From assembly GCA_963692945.1 (NCBI GenBank), contig OY843585.1, forward strand, positions 780,001 to 812,000: a stretch of DNA of 32,000 nucleotides. Reading direction: 5' to 3'. The notes beneath the pieces are model-generated. The model did no database searches. It had not been told where the DNA came from and was given only the letters and a program-made list of their open reading frames with translations. This DNA comes from Bdellovibrionales bacterium (GTDB lineage Bacteria; Bdellovibrionota; Bdellovibrionia; Bdellovibrionales; UBA1609). This document shows, in pieces, positions 8,071 to 16,798 of the stretch (position 1 is the stretch's first letter; the number at the start of each line of letters is the position of its first letter). Position numbers and translations under genes: made by a program.

Positions 8071-10341
8071 ATGAAAGAAGAAGCTCTTAGTTATCATAAA
8101 AAGAAACCATCTGGAAAGTTAGAAATCAATTCCACTAAAAAAATGGACTCGGATTGGGATCTTTCTCTTGCTTATAGCCCAGGAGTTGCTGAGCCTTGCA
8201 AAGAGATTCATAAAGATGCAAGTAAAGTTTTTGATTACACAGGAAAAGGTAACCTTGTGGCTGTTATTTCTAATGGAAGTGCTGTTCTTGGTTTAGGAAA
8301 TATAGGTCCCTTAGCAAGTAAACCTGTCATGGAAGGAAAAGCGGTTCTTTTTAAAAAATTTGCTGGTATCAATGTTTTTGATATAGAGATTAAAGCGAAA
8401 ACGATTAAAGAGTTTGTGAATGTTTGTAAAAATTTAGAACCAACTTTTGGAGGCATCAACTTAGAAGATATAGCTGCTCCTGAGTGTTTTGAAATTGAGA
8501 CCGCTTTAAAAGAAGAGTTGAACATTCCTGTTTTTCATGATGACCAACATGGAACGGCTATTATTACAGCAGCAGCTTTTTTAAATGCTTGTCACATTCA
8601 AGAGAAAAAAATAAACAATGTAAAAATTGTTTTTAGTGGTGCAGGAGCGGCAGCGATCTCTTGTGCTAAACTTCTTATTTCTTTAGGTGCGAAAAAAGAA
8701 AACATTATTCTTTGTGATTCTTTAGGTGTTATCTATAAAGGTCGTAAAGAGAGAATGAATTTTTACAAAGAAGAATTTGCTTTAAGTACAAAATTTAGAA
8801 CTATGGAAGAGGTTTTAAAAGGTGCAGATGTTTTTATTGGTTTAAGTGTTAAAGGACTTTTAAATTCAAAAATGATTCAATCTATGTCTTCTAAGCCTAT
8901 TGTTTTTGCTATGGCTAATCCAGACCCAGAAATTCTTCCTGAAGAAGCTAAAAAGGCAAACCCTAATGTGATTGTAGCAACTGGTAGAAGTGATTATCCC
9001 AATCAAGTGAACAATGTTTTAGGTTTTCCTTTTATTTTTCGTGGAGCTTTAGATGTTCAAGCTAAAAAAATCACTGAAGAGATGAAGTTGGCAGCTGTTT
9101 ATGCTTTGTCTGAATTGGCGAGAAAAAGTGTTCCTCATAGTGTTTCTAAAGCCTATCAAGGAGAGATTTTTAATTTTGGTACCGACTATATTATACCGAA
9201 ACCTTTTGATTTAAGAGTTTTAACGAGTCTTGCTCCTGCTGTTGCTAAAGCGGCTATGGAAAGTGGAGTGGCTGAAAAACCTATTGAAGATTTTCAAAAA
9301 TACATTCAAGAGTTAGAATCTTTTCAAAGTGAAAGCAGAGGATTTATCAGAACAATTATCAACCGTGTTAAAGACAACAACTGTGAGAAAAAGCTCCCTA
9401 TTATTTATCTTCCAGAAGGAGAAAACCCTAAAATTTTAACAGCTCTTAACACTTTATTTCCTGAAAAAATTATGGAACCTATTTTATTAGGAAGAAAAGA
9501 CATCATTCAAAAAAAAATGAAAGAGCTTAAACTTTCTAATTTAAAAAATATTAAAATTTTACTTCCAAGAGAGAGTTCTTATTTTGCTCCCTATGCTAAA
9601 GAATTTTATAATATGAAAAAAGAAAAAGGTGTTAGCTTTAAAGAATCTGAAACTCTTTTAGGTCAAGCCAATTATTTTGCAGCGATGGCTGTCCATTCTG
9701 GTGATGGCGATGCTTTGGTCACTGGATCTTCGGATAGTTTTGTAAATAGTGTTCGTCCTTGTCTTCGTATAATAGGTTCTGGTCAGAGGGAAACTGTGGC
9801 AGGAGTGAATCTTGTTTTATTAAAAAATAAAGTTTTATTTTTTGCAGACACGGCTTTTAATATCAATCCTACAGCGGAGCAAATCGCTCATATAGCCATT
9901 TACACAGCAAAAATGGCTCGTTATTTTATGATAGAACCTAGGGTTGCGCTATTAAGTTTTGTGAATTTTAGTACTTCAGATGCCGAATCTCCTAAAAAAA
10001 TGAAAGAAGCGGTTCGCCTTGTAAAAAAATGGAAACCAGAATTAAAAATTGAAGGAGAAATACAAGCTGATATTGCTGTGAATGAAGAGATTGCTAAAGA
10101 AATATTTCCTTTGTTTTCTTATGACAAAGGAGCTAACGTTTTAATTTTTCCTAATTTGGACTCAGGGAACATTGCCTATAAATTGGTTCAACAGCTGGGG
10201 CCTGGGGAGGTTTTAGGTCCTTTACTTATGGGTGTAAAAAAACCGGTGAATATTCTTCAAAGAACTTGTACAGTAGAAGATGTTATCAACACTTTAATTC
10301 TAACTACATTGAAAGTTTATGCTTATCAAAAAGATTTATGA
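8071..10341 (+). CDS. maeB: NADP-dependent malic enzyme with a C-terminal phosphotransacetylase-like domain
   Basis: The 756-aa two-domain architecture is typical. The N-terminal malic enzyme part has YSPGVAEPC, FHDDQHGTA and the Rossmann motif FSGAGAAAIS. The C-terminal ~330 aa form a PTA-like domain. AGGAG lies 5 nt upstream of the ATG. Confidence 0.93.
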   Translation: MKEEALSYHKKKPSGKLEINSTKKMDSDWDLSLAYSPGVAEPCKEIHKDASKVFDYTGKGNLVAVISNGSAVLGLGNIGPLASKPVMEGKAVLFKKFAGINVFDIEIKAKTIKEFVNVCKNLEPTFGGINLEDIAAPECFEIETALKEELNIPVFHDDQHGTAIITAAAFLNACHIQEKKINNVKIVFSGAGAAAISCAKLLISLGAKKENIILCDSLGVIYKGRKERMNFYKEEFALSTKFRTMEEVLKGADVFIGLSVKGLLNSKMIQSMSSKPIVFAMANPDPEILPEEAKKANPNVIVATGRSDYPNQVNNVLGFPFIFRGALDVQAKKITEEMKLAAVYALSELARKSVPHSVSKAYQGEIFNFGTDYIIPKPFDLRVLTSLAPAVAKAAMESGVAEKPIEDFQKYIQELESFQSESRGFIRTIINRVKDNNCEKKLPIIYLPEGENPKILTALNTLFPEKIMEPILLGRKDIIQKKMKELKLSNLKNIKILLPRESSYFAPYAKEFYNMKKEKGVSFKESETLLGQANYFAAMAVHSGDGDALVTGSSDSFVNSVRPCLRIIGSGQRETVAGVNLVLLKNKVLFFADTAFNINPTAEQIAHIAIYTAKMARYFMIEPRVALLSFVNFSTSDAESPKKMKEAVRLVKKWKPELKIEGEIQADIAVNEEIAKEIFPLFSYDKGANVLIFPNLDSGNIAYKLVQQLGPGEVLGPLLMGVKKPVNILQRTCTVEDVINTLILTTLKVYAYQKDL

Positions 10342-10411
10342 TGTTTGTAAAGTGTAGTTTAGTTGTCATTTTGTTGATAGAGTTAAGGATGGATTGACTA
10401 GGATGAGATTT

Positions 10412-11446
10412 ATGAAAAAAAATCTTTTGTGTTGGATTCTTTTCTTCTTTTCTGTTTCTGCAGGGGCTTTAACCGAATCAAATACATCCTTTTCCTATAC
10501 ATTGTTAGATGAAAAAGGAGATTTTTATAAGGTCGGAAATTTTGTTGGAGAGAAAGGAAAAATTTTAAAGTATGCAAAATTTGGAGAAAGAGGTTCTAAA
10601 GGATCTATTGTTTTTGTTAGTGGTTGGGGAGAAAATGTATTTAAATACATAGAACTTTTTTATGATCTCATTCTTTTTGGTTATTCTCCGATTTACACTT
10701 ACGATCATAGAGGTCAGGGTTTTTCAGAACGTATTTTAAAAACAGATTCCACTCTTGGTTATGTTGAGTCTTACGATAATTACACTAAAGATTTAAATAC
10801 TTTTATTGATACTATTGTTTTGCAAGATTCAGAAATGAATCAAGATCGTCTTTTTTTATTGGCTCATTCTATGGGAGGAGCTGTTTCTAGTTTTTATTTA
10901 GAGGAGCATTCTAAAAAACAAATTTTTAAAGCTGCTGTTTTTGGCTCTCCTTTGATAAGAATTAACACTCAATTTCCTTATATTGTAGATAAAACTCTTC
11001 TTATGGTTTTTCGTTTGAATTGTTTTTTTGGTTACTGCAATCGGCCTATTTGGAATCCTACCGACATAGGTTATGGACCAGAGCGTGTTAAAAATCTCAC
11101 AGATAGTCAAATAAGATTTGATTTTTACTCATCCATTACTGAAAGGTATCCTAAAATTGTAATTTATGAACCTACTTATCGTTGGATTCTTGAAACTTTT
11201 AAAGCGACAAATCGACTCTTAGAGAAAGAGGAAGTTCAAAAAATAAATACACCTTTGCTGATACTGCAGGCGACAGAAGATAATATTGTGTCTAATGAGC
11301 ATCAGGTTCAATTTTGTAGTTTTATACCTCGTGTGTGTCGCATTCAATCCATAAATGGAAAGCATGAGATTTTCCAGCATAAAGATAAAACGAGGAATAA
11401 AGCCATTAAAGAAATGGTGGATTTTTTTAAAAAAAATACTCAATAA
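10412..11446 (+). CDS. Secreted alpha/beta hydrolase, lysophospholipase / monoacylglycerol-lipase-like
   Basis: It has a signal peptide (MKKNLLCWILFFFSVSAGA) and a GXSXG nucleophile elbow (AHSMGG). Length and layout resemble lysophospholipase L2. The start is ambiguous: TTG 10394, ATG 10403 or ATG 10412. Confidence 0.7.
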   Translation: MKKNLLCWILFFFSVSAGALTESNTSFSYTLLDEKGDFYKVGNFVGEKGKILKYAKFGERGSKGSIVFVSGWGENVFKYIELFYDLILFGYSPIYTYDHRGQGFSERILKTDSTLGYVESYDNYTKDLNTFIDTIVLQDSEMNQDRLFLLAHSMGGAVSSFYLEEHSKKQIFKAAVFGSPLIRINTQFPYIVDKTLLMVFRLNCFFGYCNRPIWNPTDIGYGPERVKNLTDSQIRFDFYSSITERYPKIVIYEPTYRWILETFKATNRLLEKEEVQKINTPLLILQATEDNIVSNEHQVQFCSFIPRVCRIQSINGKHEIFQHKDKTRNKAIKEMVDFFKKNTQ

Positions 11447-11464
11447 AGATTTTGTTAAGAAGAT

Positions 11465-11496
11465 AAAAACCATTAAAGAAGTGAGTGGTTTTTTTT
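11465..11496 (+). terminator. Possible intrinsic terminator after the hydrolase gene
   Basis: AAAAACCA-13 nt loop-TGGTTTTTTTT lies 19 nt after the stop. The stem is short and AT-rich and the loop is large. Confidence 0.3.
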
Positions 11497-11666
11497 GCAA
11501 GAAAGTGGTGAGTAAAAAAGAAGGTGTAAACCTTTTGAACACATGAGAAAAAATTTCATTTCACCCTCAAAATTCCTTATAAAATCGACAAATAACCTTG
11601 TTTATGGTAAGTTCTTACTTACCTAAAAAGTGTTTCATTATGAAGCCCTTCTTTTAATAACATTGG

Positions 11667-14600
11667 ATGTTTAAATTGTTTAAAATATATTTTTTATTTC
11701 TTATAGCTTTCTCTATTCAACCTGGTTATTCCCAGTCTTCAAGTATTGGACCTGCTGTTGAAGTGGTTGAAATGGAACCAAAGCAGGTTATCACCAAAAA
11801 AGTGTACAATACTTTTTTTAAATCTGTTTTAGTAGGTGATGCTTATAAAAGACCTGTCTTAGAGAGTTTTGATTCTGGAAAAAAATCTTTAAATTTAAAA
11901 GAAGCCATAAGAGATCAGAGAAAAAAGATGAGGCAAAGCTATAGCATTGCACGGAAAGGGCTTAAAGAAGTTTTAAGGACTCTTAACATTAGCGATAAAC
12001 AAACATTAAATAGAATTCTTTCAGATTTTTACAGTGAGATGTCTTTTGAAGAAAGGATAAGTATTCAAGAGGATTGGAAGAGTGAAGATCTTCAAAGAAA
12101 TGAATCTGCTAGAAAATATTTTCTTGATTTTATGAACGCTGTTGAATACCGCTATGGTATTTCTCATTCCGATTCTAGTAAGAGAAAGGCTATTAATTTA
12201 TTTCATGAAATATTGAAATCTGAAGATATTGGTAGAAAAGAGATTCGTCTTTTCAGAAAAGTTTTATCTAAATTGGGACTGCCACCACAAGCTCATCATG
12301 ATGAATTTTTAAAAGTATATCTTTTAGAGATGAAAGAGCATCAGAAATCTATGGAATTTGCTGAAGAATCTTCTCAAAGAAAGATTATAGATGAAAAGAT
12401 TTTAACTCTTATTCAAAAAACTAAAGTTTACTTTGATGACCAACACTTCCGAAATTTGCAAACAATGACAAAATTTACAAATATTATAAAAGGTTTTCCA
12501 ATGCAATATATTTTATTTCAAGCCGCTATAGGGTCTATGCTTTACAGGGAGAGTATTACAGATCCTCTTTTATATGGAGCGGTCACAAAACCTGGTCAGC
12601 TTCAAGAGTTTGCATCTCAAAGTTTGACTCCTTCTGCTGTTATCAGTTTTTTTATTTTTATAGTTATTTCACAAAAACATACGCTTCATCAATATAAAAT
12701 AGGTCGTCATTTTGATAATAAATTTTTAAAAACCACAGCTCCTTATGCAGGTTTGGCTCTTGGTTTTTTTATATCTTCTTTGGCAATGGAGTTATATCAA
12801 GATGCTGATTTTCGTCAATGTTTAGGTTCTTTTGTTTCTAAAGAAAAAGAAAATGGTATTTCTGAAGAAGACAAACACATTAGCTCTTGTGAAGCATCTT
12901 ATACAAAATGGATTCAAAGTAAGTGGAGTGATTACGCTGTGGACATTGTGACTCTTCTGGGAGCCAGTTGGGTGTCTCATAAAATTGTTCAAACTCTTTT
13001 GATGGGAATTCGTGCAACTCCTCACGGAGGATCTTTATTGTCTCAGCTATCTAAAAAAGTGGGGCCTAGGGTTATGGGATGGGCTGGTTTTCTTGTGACT
13101 ATTTATGTTTTTATGGAAAGCCATCATTGGTTAGATAAGTTCATAGGGAAATCTGTTAAAGAATATTTAAAAGTTAATAGTATTCAAACGAATCTTTTGA
13201 AACTGAATCACATGCAAGATCTCATTCAGAATCCTGATCAAGTATCAGATTATTTTCAAGATAAACTTTCATCAAATGATGCAGATGAAATGGGGAATTT
13301 AAAAGAAGTAATAATTGAAAAGATTAAATTGATAGGTCGTCAATTTAATAATTGGTCTTTATTGAAGGGTCAAGATTATCAGTGGTTCTTTTCTTTATGG
13401 CTACGAAAAACAAATAAGGTGACTTTATTTTATCAGCAATCAAGAGAGCTATTAACCAATCTTTACAATCAATCTACAAATTCTTATGATTTTAATATTG
13501 GTGTTATGTCACAAAACCAGTTGCCTCAAAATAAAGGATTTTTAATTGATAAAAATGCATTTGATGAAAATAGAGATCATTATATTAATACCATTTGTTC
13601 TGATTCGGCCATTCATCAAGTAGAAATTTATTATATAAAATGGAAAGAGTTTTGTGAAAATCAAGAAAATGTTAATTTAACAGATGAGGATTTAGTATAT
13701 TTAGCTTATGATGCAACAGTTATTATTTCTGAATGGTTAGATGTTTCGGATGTTTCGGATGTTGATGCTTTATCTTATTTAGGAGAGAAACCAGAGGAGC
13801 TTTTATCTTCAAATCCTAACTATTCTTTGAAAGATCTAAATTTAACAGAAAAAATCAACTTAGCTCGGTCTCTATTGAAAGTCATTTATTATTCTGAAGA
13901 TTCTGTAGAGTTTAAAACTTTGTTTGATAATAATTATAAAAATATTTGTTTAGAGAAATATTCTACCGTTGAAGAGATTGAATCTTGTCAGGTTGATTCT
14001 TATTTTCAATTACGAGATAAAATATTAGCATTAGCTATTTATATATTAAAAAAGGAGTTTGATAATCCTTATGCTCTTATGCCTGCTTCGGGAAGAAGTG
14101 ATTTAGATGATTTAACCCCTTCTAGAATAATAAATCTTAAAAATGCCTTAGGAGATAAAGTGTTTCAAAAAATTGAAATTCTTTTGGCTTTTTTAAAGGT
14201 CTATCAAAAAGGAGAAATATTTTTTAATTTTGATATTGAGAATTATCAAGCCTTTAAGAAAGAAGCAGGTAGAATTGGTGATCAATCTGAAGTGGAAAAG
14301 ATAAAAAAATATCCTTACTTATTTTTTAAAAGTCTGATTTGTAATTTGAAAGGTGATTCATTGGAAGGGCAGTTTGTGGCTCCTCATCTTTTTAAAGACC
14401 TATCTTATTTGTGTGAGAAGATTGATTCAGTAAAGACGGACTCGGTGGTCTTTTATCCTGTGATTCATTCTTTTATTTTTTCTGAACCTGTTGAATTTCA
14501 ATCTGAAAAATATTCTAGCTTATGGCTTCTCTTAGAAAAATATGTGAGAGACCGTTTTAAATCATCAGAAGATTTGCTTGAGTTTTTTGAAGAAAAATCT

Positions 14601-15254
14601 GAGAAACAGATAGAGGAACTGAGCTCTGAGCATTTAGAAGATTTGAATCATTTGAATAATAATTATTTATTTCCAAATATGGTTAATCCTGAAGTTAGAA
14701 ATTTAAAATTTTGTGAAGAGATTACAAGTTATTACAGTGAGGAAAATTTAAAATCAGTAGAGCTTAAAAGCTTGGAGGTTTCTTTATTTCAAATTATTTA
14801 TTGGATCAACAGATTAGAAAAACAATATGGAGTGTTATCTTCAAAATGTGAAATTATAGAAATGTTAAAAGGATATCATGATACTTATATTAGAAATTCA
14901 AGTCCTTATATTTATGTTCCTCAAGATAGTGCAGAGTTAGATGAAAAAATTTTGGAAAAGGGTTTGAGTTCAATCAAAGAACTTTACCCTAATATAAATA
15001 TTCCAGTGTTGGTGAAACCTGAGATGATTTTATCTGTTATTTTAAAGGAGAGTCCTTTTTTCGAAAATCCGGAGAGATTTGCTTATGTAGGGATTGCCCT
15101 TAGTCTGCTCCAACAAAATAAGAAAGCTCCTGCAGGTTTTGATAAAGTAGAGTATGCTATTCTTTTTGAGTTGAAATTAATTTTAGATGGTTTTTTCCAA
15201 CAACTTCATTTTTTAAACATAAGAGAAGATGTGAAAGAAAGATTAGCACCATAG
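11667..15254 (+). CDS. Large (1195 aa) signal-peptide-bearing membrane protein, function unknown
   Basis: This is a long uninterrupted ORF. It has an N-terminal signal (MFKLFKIYFLFLIAFSIQPGYSQ) and several hydrophobic helices around residues ~280-480. No catalytic motif was recognised. Confidence 0.7.
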   Translation: MFKLFKIYFLFLIAFSIQPGYSQSSSIGPAVEVVEMEPKQVITKKVYNTFFKSVLVGDAYKRPVLESFDSGKKSLNLKEAIRDQRKKMRQSYSIARKGLKEVLRTLNISDKQTLNRILSDFYSEMSFEERISIQEDWKSEDLQRNESARKYFLDFMNAVEYRYGISHSDSSKRKAINLFHEILKSEDIGRKEIRLFRKVLSKLGLPPQAHHDEFLKVYLLEMKEHQKSMEFAEESSQRKIIDEKILTLIQKTKVYFDDQHFRNLQTMTKFTNIIKGFPMQYILFQAAIGSMLYRESITDPLLYGAVTKPGQLQEFASQSLTPSAVISFFIFIVISQKHTLHQYKIGRHFDNKFLKTTAPYAGLALGFFISSLAMELYQDADFRQCLGSFVSKEKENGISEEDKHISSCEASYTKWIQSKWSDYAVDIVTLLGASWVSHKIVQTLLMGIRATPHGGSLLSQLSKKVGPRVMGWAGFLVTIYVFMESHHWLDKFIGKSVKEYLKVNSIQTNLLKLNHMQDLIQNPDQVSDYFQDKLSSNDADEMGNLKEVIIEKIKLIGRQFNNWSLLKGQDYQWFFSLWLRKTNKVTLFYQQSRELLTNLYNQSTNSYDFNIGVMSQNQLPQNKGFLIDKNAFDENRDHYINTICSDSAIHQVEIYYIKWKEFCENQENVNLTDEDLVYLAYDATVIISEWLDVSDVSDVDALSYLGEKPEELLSSNPNYSLKDLNLTEKINLARSLLKVIYYSEDSVEFKTLFDNNYKNICLEKYSTVEEIESCQVDSYFQLRDKILALAIYILKKEFDNPYALMPASGRSDLDDLTPSRIINLKNALGDKVFQKIEILLAFLKVYQKGEIFFNFDIENYQAFKKEAGRIGDQSEVEKIKKYPYLFFKSLICNLKGDSLEGQFVAPHLFKDLSYLCEKIDSVKTDSVVFYPVIHSFIFSEPVEFQSEKYSSLWLLLEKYVRDRFKSSEDLLEFFEEKSEKQIEELSSEHLEDLNHLNNNYLFPNMVNPEVRNLKFCEEITSYYSEENLKSVELKSLEVSLFQIIYWINRLEKQYGVLSSKCEIIEMLKGYHDTYIRNSSPYIYVPQDSAELDEKILEKGLSSIKELYPNINIPVLVKPEMILSVILKESPFFENPERFAYVGIALSLLQQNKKAPAGFDKVEYAILFELKLILDGFFQQLHFLNIREDVKERLAP

Positions 15255-15274
15255 ATTTAGTTTTTAGTTGGTGT

Positions 15275-15496
15275 ATGGTTTTGAATAAGTTTGTAAAGAA
15301 ATTGACTTTACTTGTGGAAAAATGTAACAATAAGAGTAGGCTTCAAGTGAATTTAAACCAAAAATCTAAATTATTAACAGGAAATGTTCCTTTTCCAGAT
15401 GATGATAGATTTAAATGTCCTTCTTGTAAATTTCAACATAATGTATCGGATATTCGTAGTCAGGTTGAGGCACAAACTAAGCAGAGAGTAGTTTAA
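15275..15496 (+). CDS. Hypothetical small protein (73 aa)
   Basis: The ORF begins 20 nt after the 1195-aa gene. Its stop overlaps the next start (TAATG). It has a single CPSC motif and no recognised family. Confidence 0.35.
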   Translation: MVLNKFVKKLTLLVEKCNNKSRLQVNLNQKSKLLTGNVPFPDDDRFKCPSCKFQHNVSDIRSQVEAQTKQRVV

Positions 15497-15699
15497 TGGA
15501 GACAAAAAAAAATCAAGATTATTCTTATAAAATGATTCTAAATTCTATTGATTTGATAGATGATAAAGGAGAAATGCTGAATAAATTTCAGAAGATTTCC
15601 AAAGAAGCGAAACATTCAGATCTTCTTGTAAAAGAATTAGAATCTTTAGCAGAGTGGAAGAAAAACATAAAACAACCTATTTTCAATACTGGAACTTAG
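15496..15699 (+). CDS. Hypothetical small acidic/helical protein (67 aa)
   Basis: The ORF overlaps the preceding one by 1 nt, which suggests coupling. No family was recognised. Confidence 0.35.
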   Translation: METKKNQDYSYKMILNSIDLIDDKGEMLNKFQKISKEAKHSDLLVKELESLAEWKKNIKQPIFNTGT

Positions 15700-15707
15700 A
15701 CTGATAA

Positions 15708-15884
15708 ACGAATTATGAGTGTAAGTATTTTAATAAGAAGTCCTTTATTTTTAAAAATTTCTCTATTGACGATTTGATAACAGCACCCAATTCTTTAAGC
15801 TACCAAATAAAAGTTATTGGTGGTGGTCCAAATGGTGGTGGTCCAAATGGTGGTGGTCCAAATGGTGGTGGTGGAGCTTACTGA
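15708..15884 (+). pseudogene. Start-less reading frame ending in (GGGPN)x3-GGGGAY*, a paralogous remnant of the Gly-rich tail of the 16367-16789 gene
   Basis: The frame is open from 15708 to TGA at 15882-15884 and contains no in-frame ATG. The only ATG (15715) is out of frame and terminates after 20 codons. The 3' 27 nt (ggtccaaatggtggtggtggagcttac) match 16751-16777 at 25/27 positions. Confidence 0.4.
15819..15863. repeat. 15-bp tandem repeat x3 (ggtggtggtccaaat) encoding GGGPN
   Basis: Three perfect copies were read directly from the sequence. Confidence 0.95.
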
Positions 15885-16140
15885 AACTTCAACTTAAAAA
15901 AATACTAAATCTTTAAAAAAAATCGCTACAAAATCGCTACAAAAGAAAATTTCTTATAAAACGGAAAGATGTAAATAATAGATATAAAGTTCAATGGGAA
16001 TGGAAAGGTTGTCAGATGAATGAAAAAACTATGTATAGTCCAATAAAGGCTCTTCGGCTTTATAATTGTATTGATATTTCAGGATTTAACAGTTCTGATA
16101 AGGTTGCTTGAAATTTTATTTGTTTCAAAAACTATCCTAC

Positions 16141-16197
16141 TAATAATCGGTAATAATGGGTAATAATCGGTAATAATGGGTAATAATCGGTAATAAT
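16141..16197. repeat. Phased 10-bp repeat array (taataatcgg / taataatggg alternating, 6 units)
   Basis: Read directly from the sequence. The 20-bp super-unit repeats nearly 3 times. The array lies ~170 bp upstream of the Gly-tailed protein gene. Confidence 0.9.
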
Positions 16198-16366
16198 GAT
16201 TGAGAAGACTTCAGAAGAAACCCTTTAAAATCAAGGTTTTTTTTGTATTTAACGCTTCTGGCATCAAATTTGCATAGATAAAGTTAGGAATAAAAATTTT
16301 CAAGCAACCCTAAGAAATTATGTTCATTGTTGGACGGAGTTTCTTAAAACAAAAAGGAGATATCAA

Positions 16367-16789
16367 ATGAAAACAATTTTAATAATTTTTACTTTTATTG
16401 TGCCAACTTTTTCTGTGGCTCAAGCAGGGTATAACAATTTTAGTATAAAGTCTTACCCAACTCATCAGTTAAGGCTTGTTAATGTAAATGGTGAAATGGA
16501 TAATAGATTGGATTCTCTTATTACAGAAAATAATTTTGTATCTTCATTGATAGAAAAACAAGTAAAAGAACTTCCTCTTTCAAATGCTAAAGTTAATGAA
16601 ATCCAAAAGTTTATCAATAATGATTTTGCAATTTATGCACCTACACCTCATTTAGAAAAAGAAATAGAGCGTAAATGGTTTGTATATGAAACTTTAGCAT
16701 CTATGCCAGGTGGCGGCGGCGGCGGTGGTGGCCCTTATGGTGGTGGCGGTGGCCCAAATGGTGGTGGTGGAGCTTATCAGAATAAATAA
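16367..16789 (+). CDS. Secreted protein with a C-terminal poly-glycine tail (..MPGGGGGGGGPYGGGGGPNGGGGAYQNK)
   Basis: It has a good SD (AAGGAG, 8-nt spacing) and a signal peptide (MKTILIIFTFIVPTFSVAQA). The C-terminal tail is Gly-rich. No family was recognised. Confidence 0.7.
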   Translation: MKTILIIFTFIVPTFSVAQAGYNNFSIKSYPTHQLRLVNVNGEMDNRLDSLITENNFVSSLIEKQVKELPLSNAKVNEIQKFINNDFAIYAPTPHLEKEIERKWFVYETLASMPGGGGGGGGPYGGGGGPNGGGGAYQNK

Positions 16790-16798
16790 GAATCATCT

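Noticed and set aside
8235-8525. Minus-strand 96-aa ORF inside maeB.
   Set aside because: It is antisense to a conserved malic enzyme domain and is spurious.
10898-11546. ORFs 10898-11110(-), 11219-11542(-) and 11355-11546(+).
   Set aside because: They overlap the hydrolase gene or its AT-rich 3' flank. They are low-complexity, have no SD, and the region is better explained by the hydrolase gene plus a possible terminator.
11606-11623. Hairpin GGTAAGT-TCTT-ACTTACC upstream of the 1195-aa gene.
   Set aside because: There is no T-tract and no recognisable operator or riboswitch context. It could be fortuitous.
12822-13025. Minus-strand 67-aa ORF inside the 1195-aa gene.
   Set aside because: It is an antisense chance ORF.
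16016-16111. A 31-codon ORF (MNEKTMYSPIKALRLYNCIDISGFNSSDKVA*) with a GGAAAGG upstream.
   Set aside because: It is too short and unrecognisable to call as a gene, and it may be chance in a 480-bp non-coding gap.
15700-16366. A direct-repeat copy of the tRNA-Ala 3' end (att site) at the left island border.
   Set aside because: I scanned by eye for ggagatgacagggatcgaacc-like strings and found none, so the island boundaries remain undefined.
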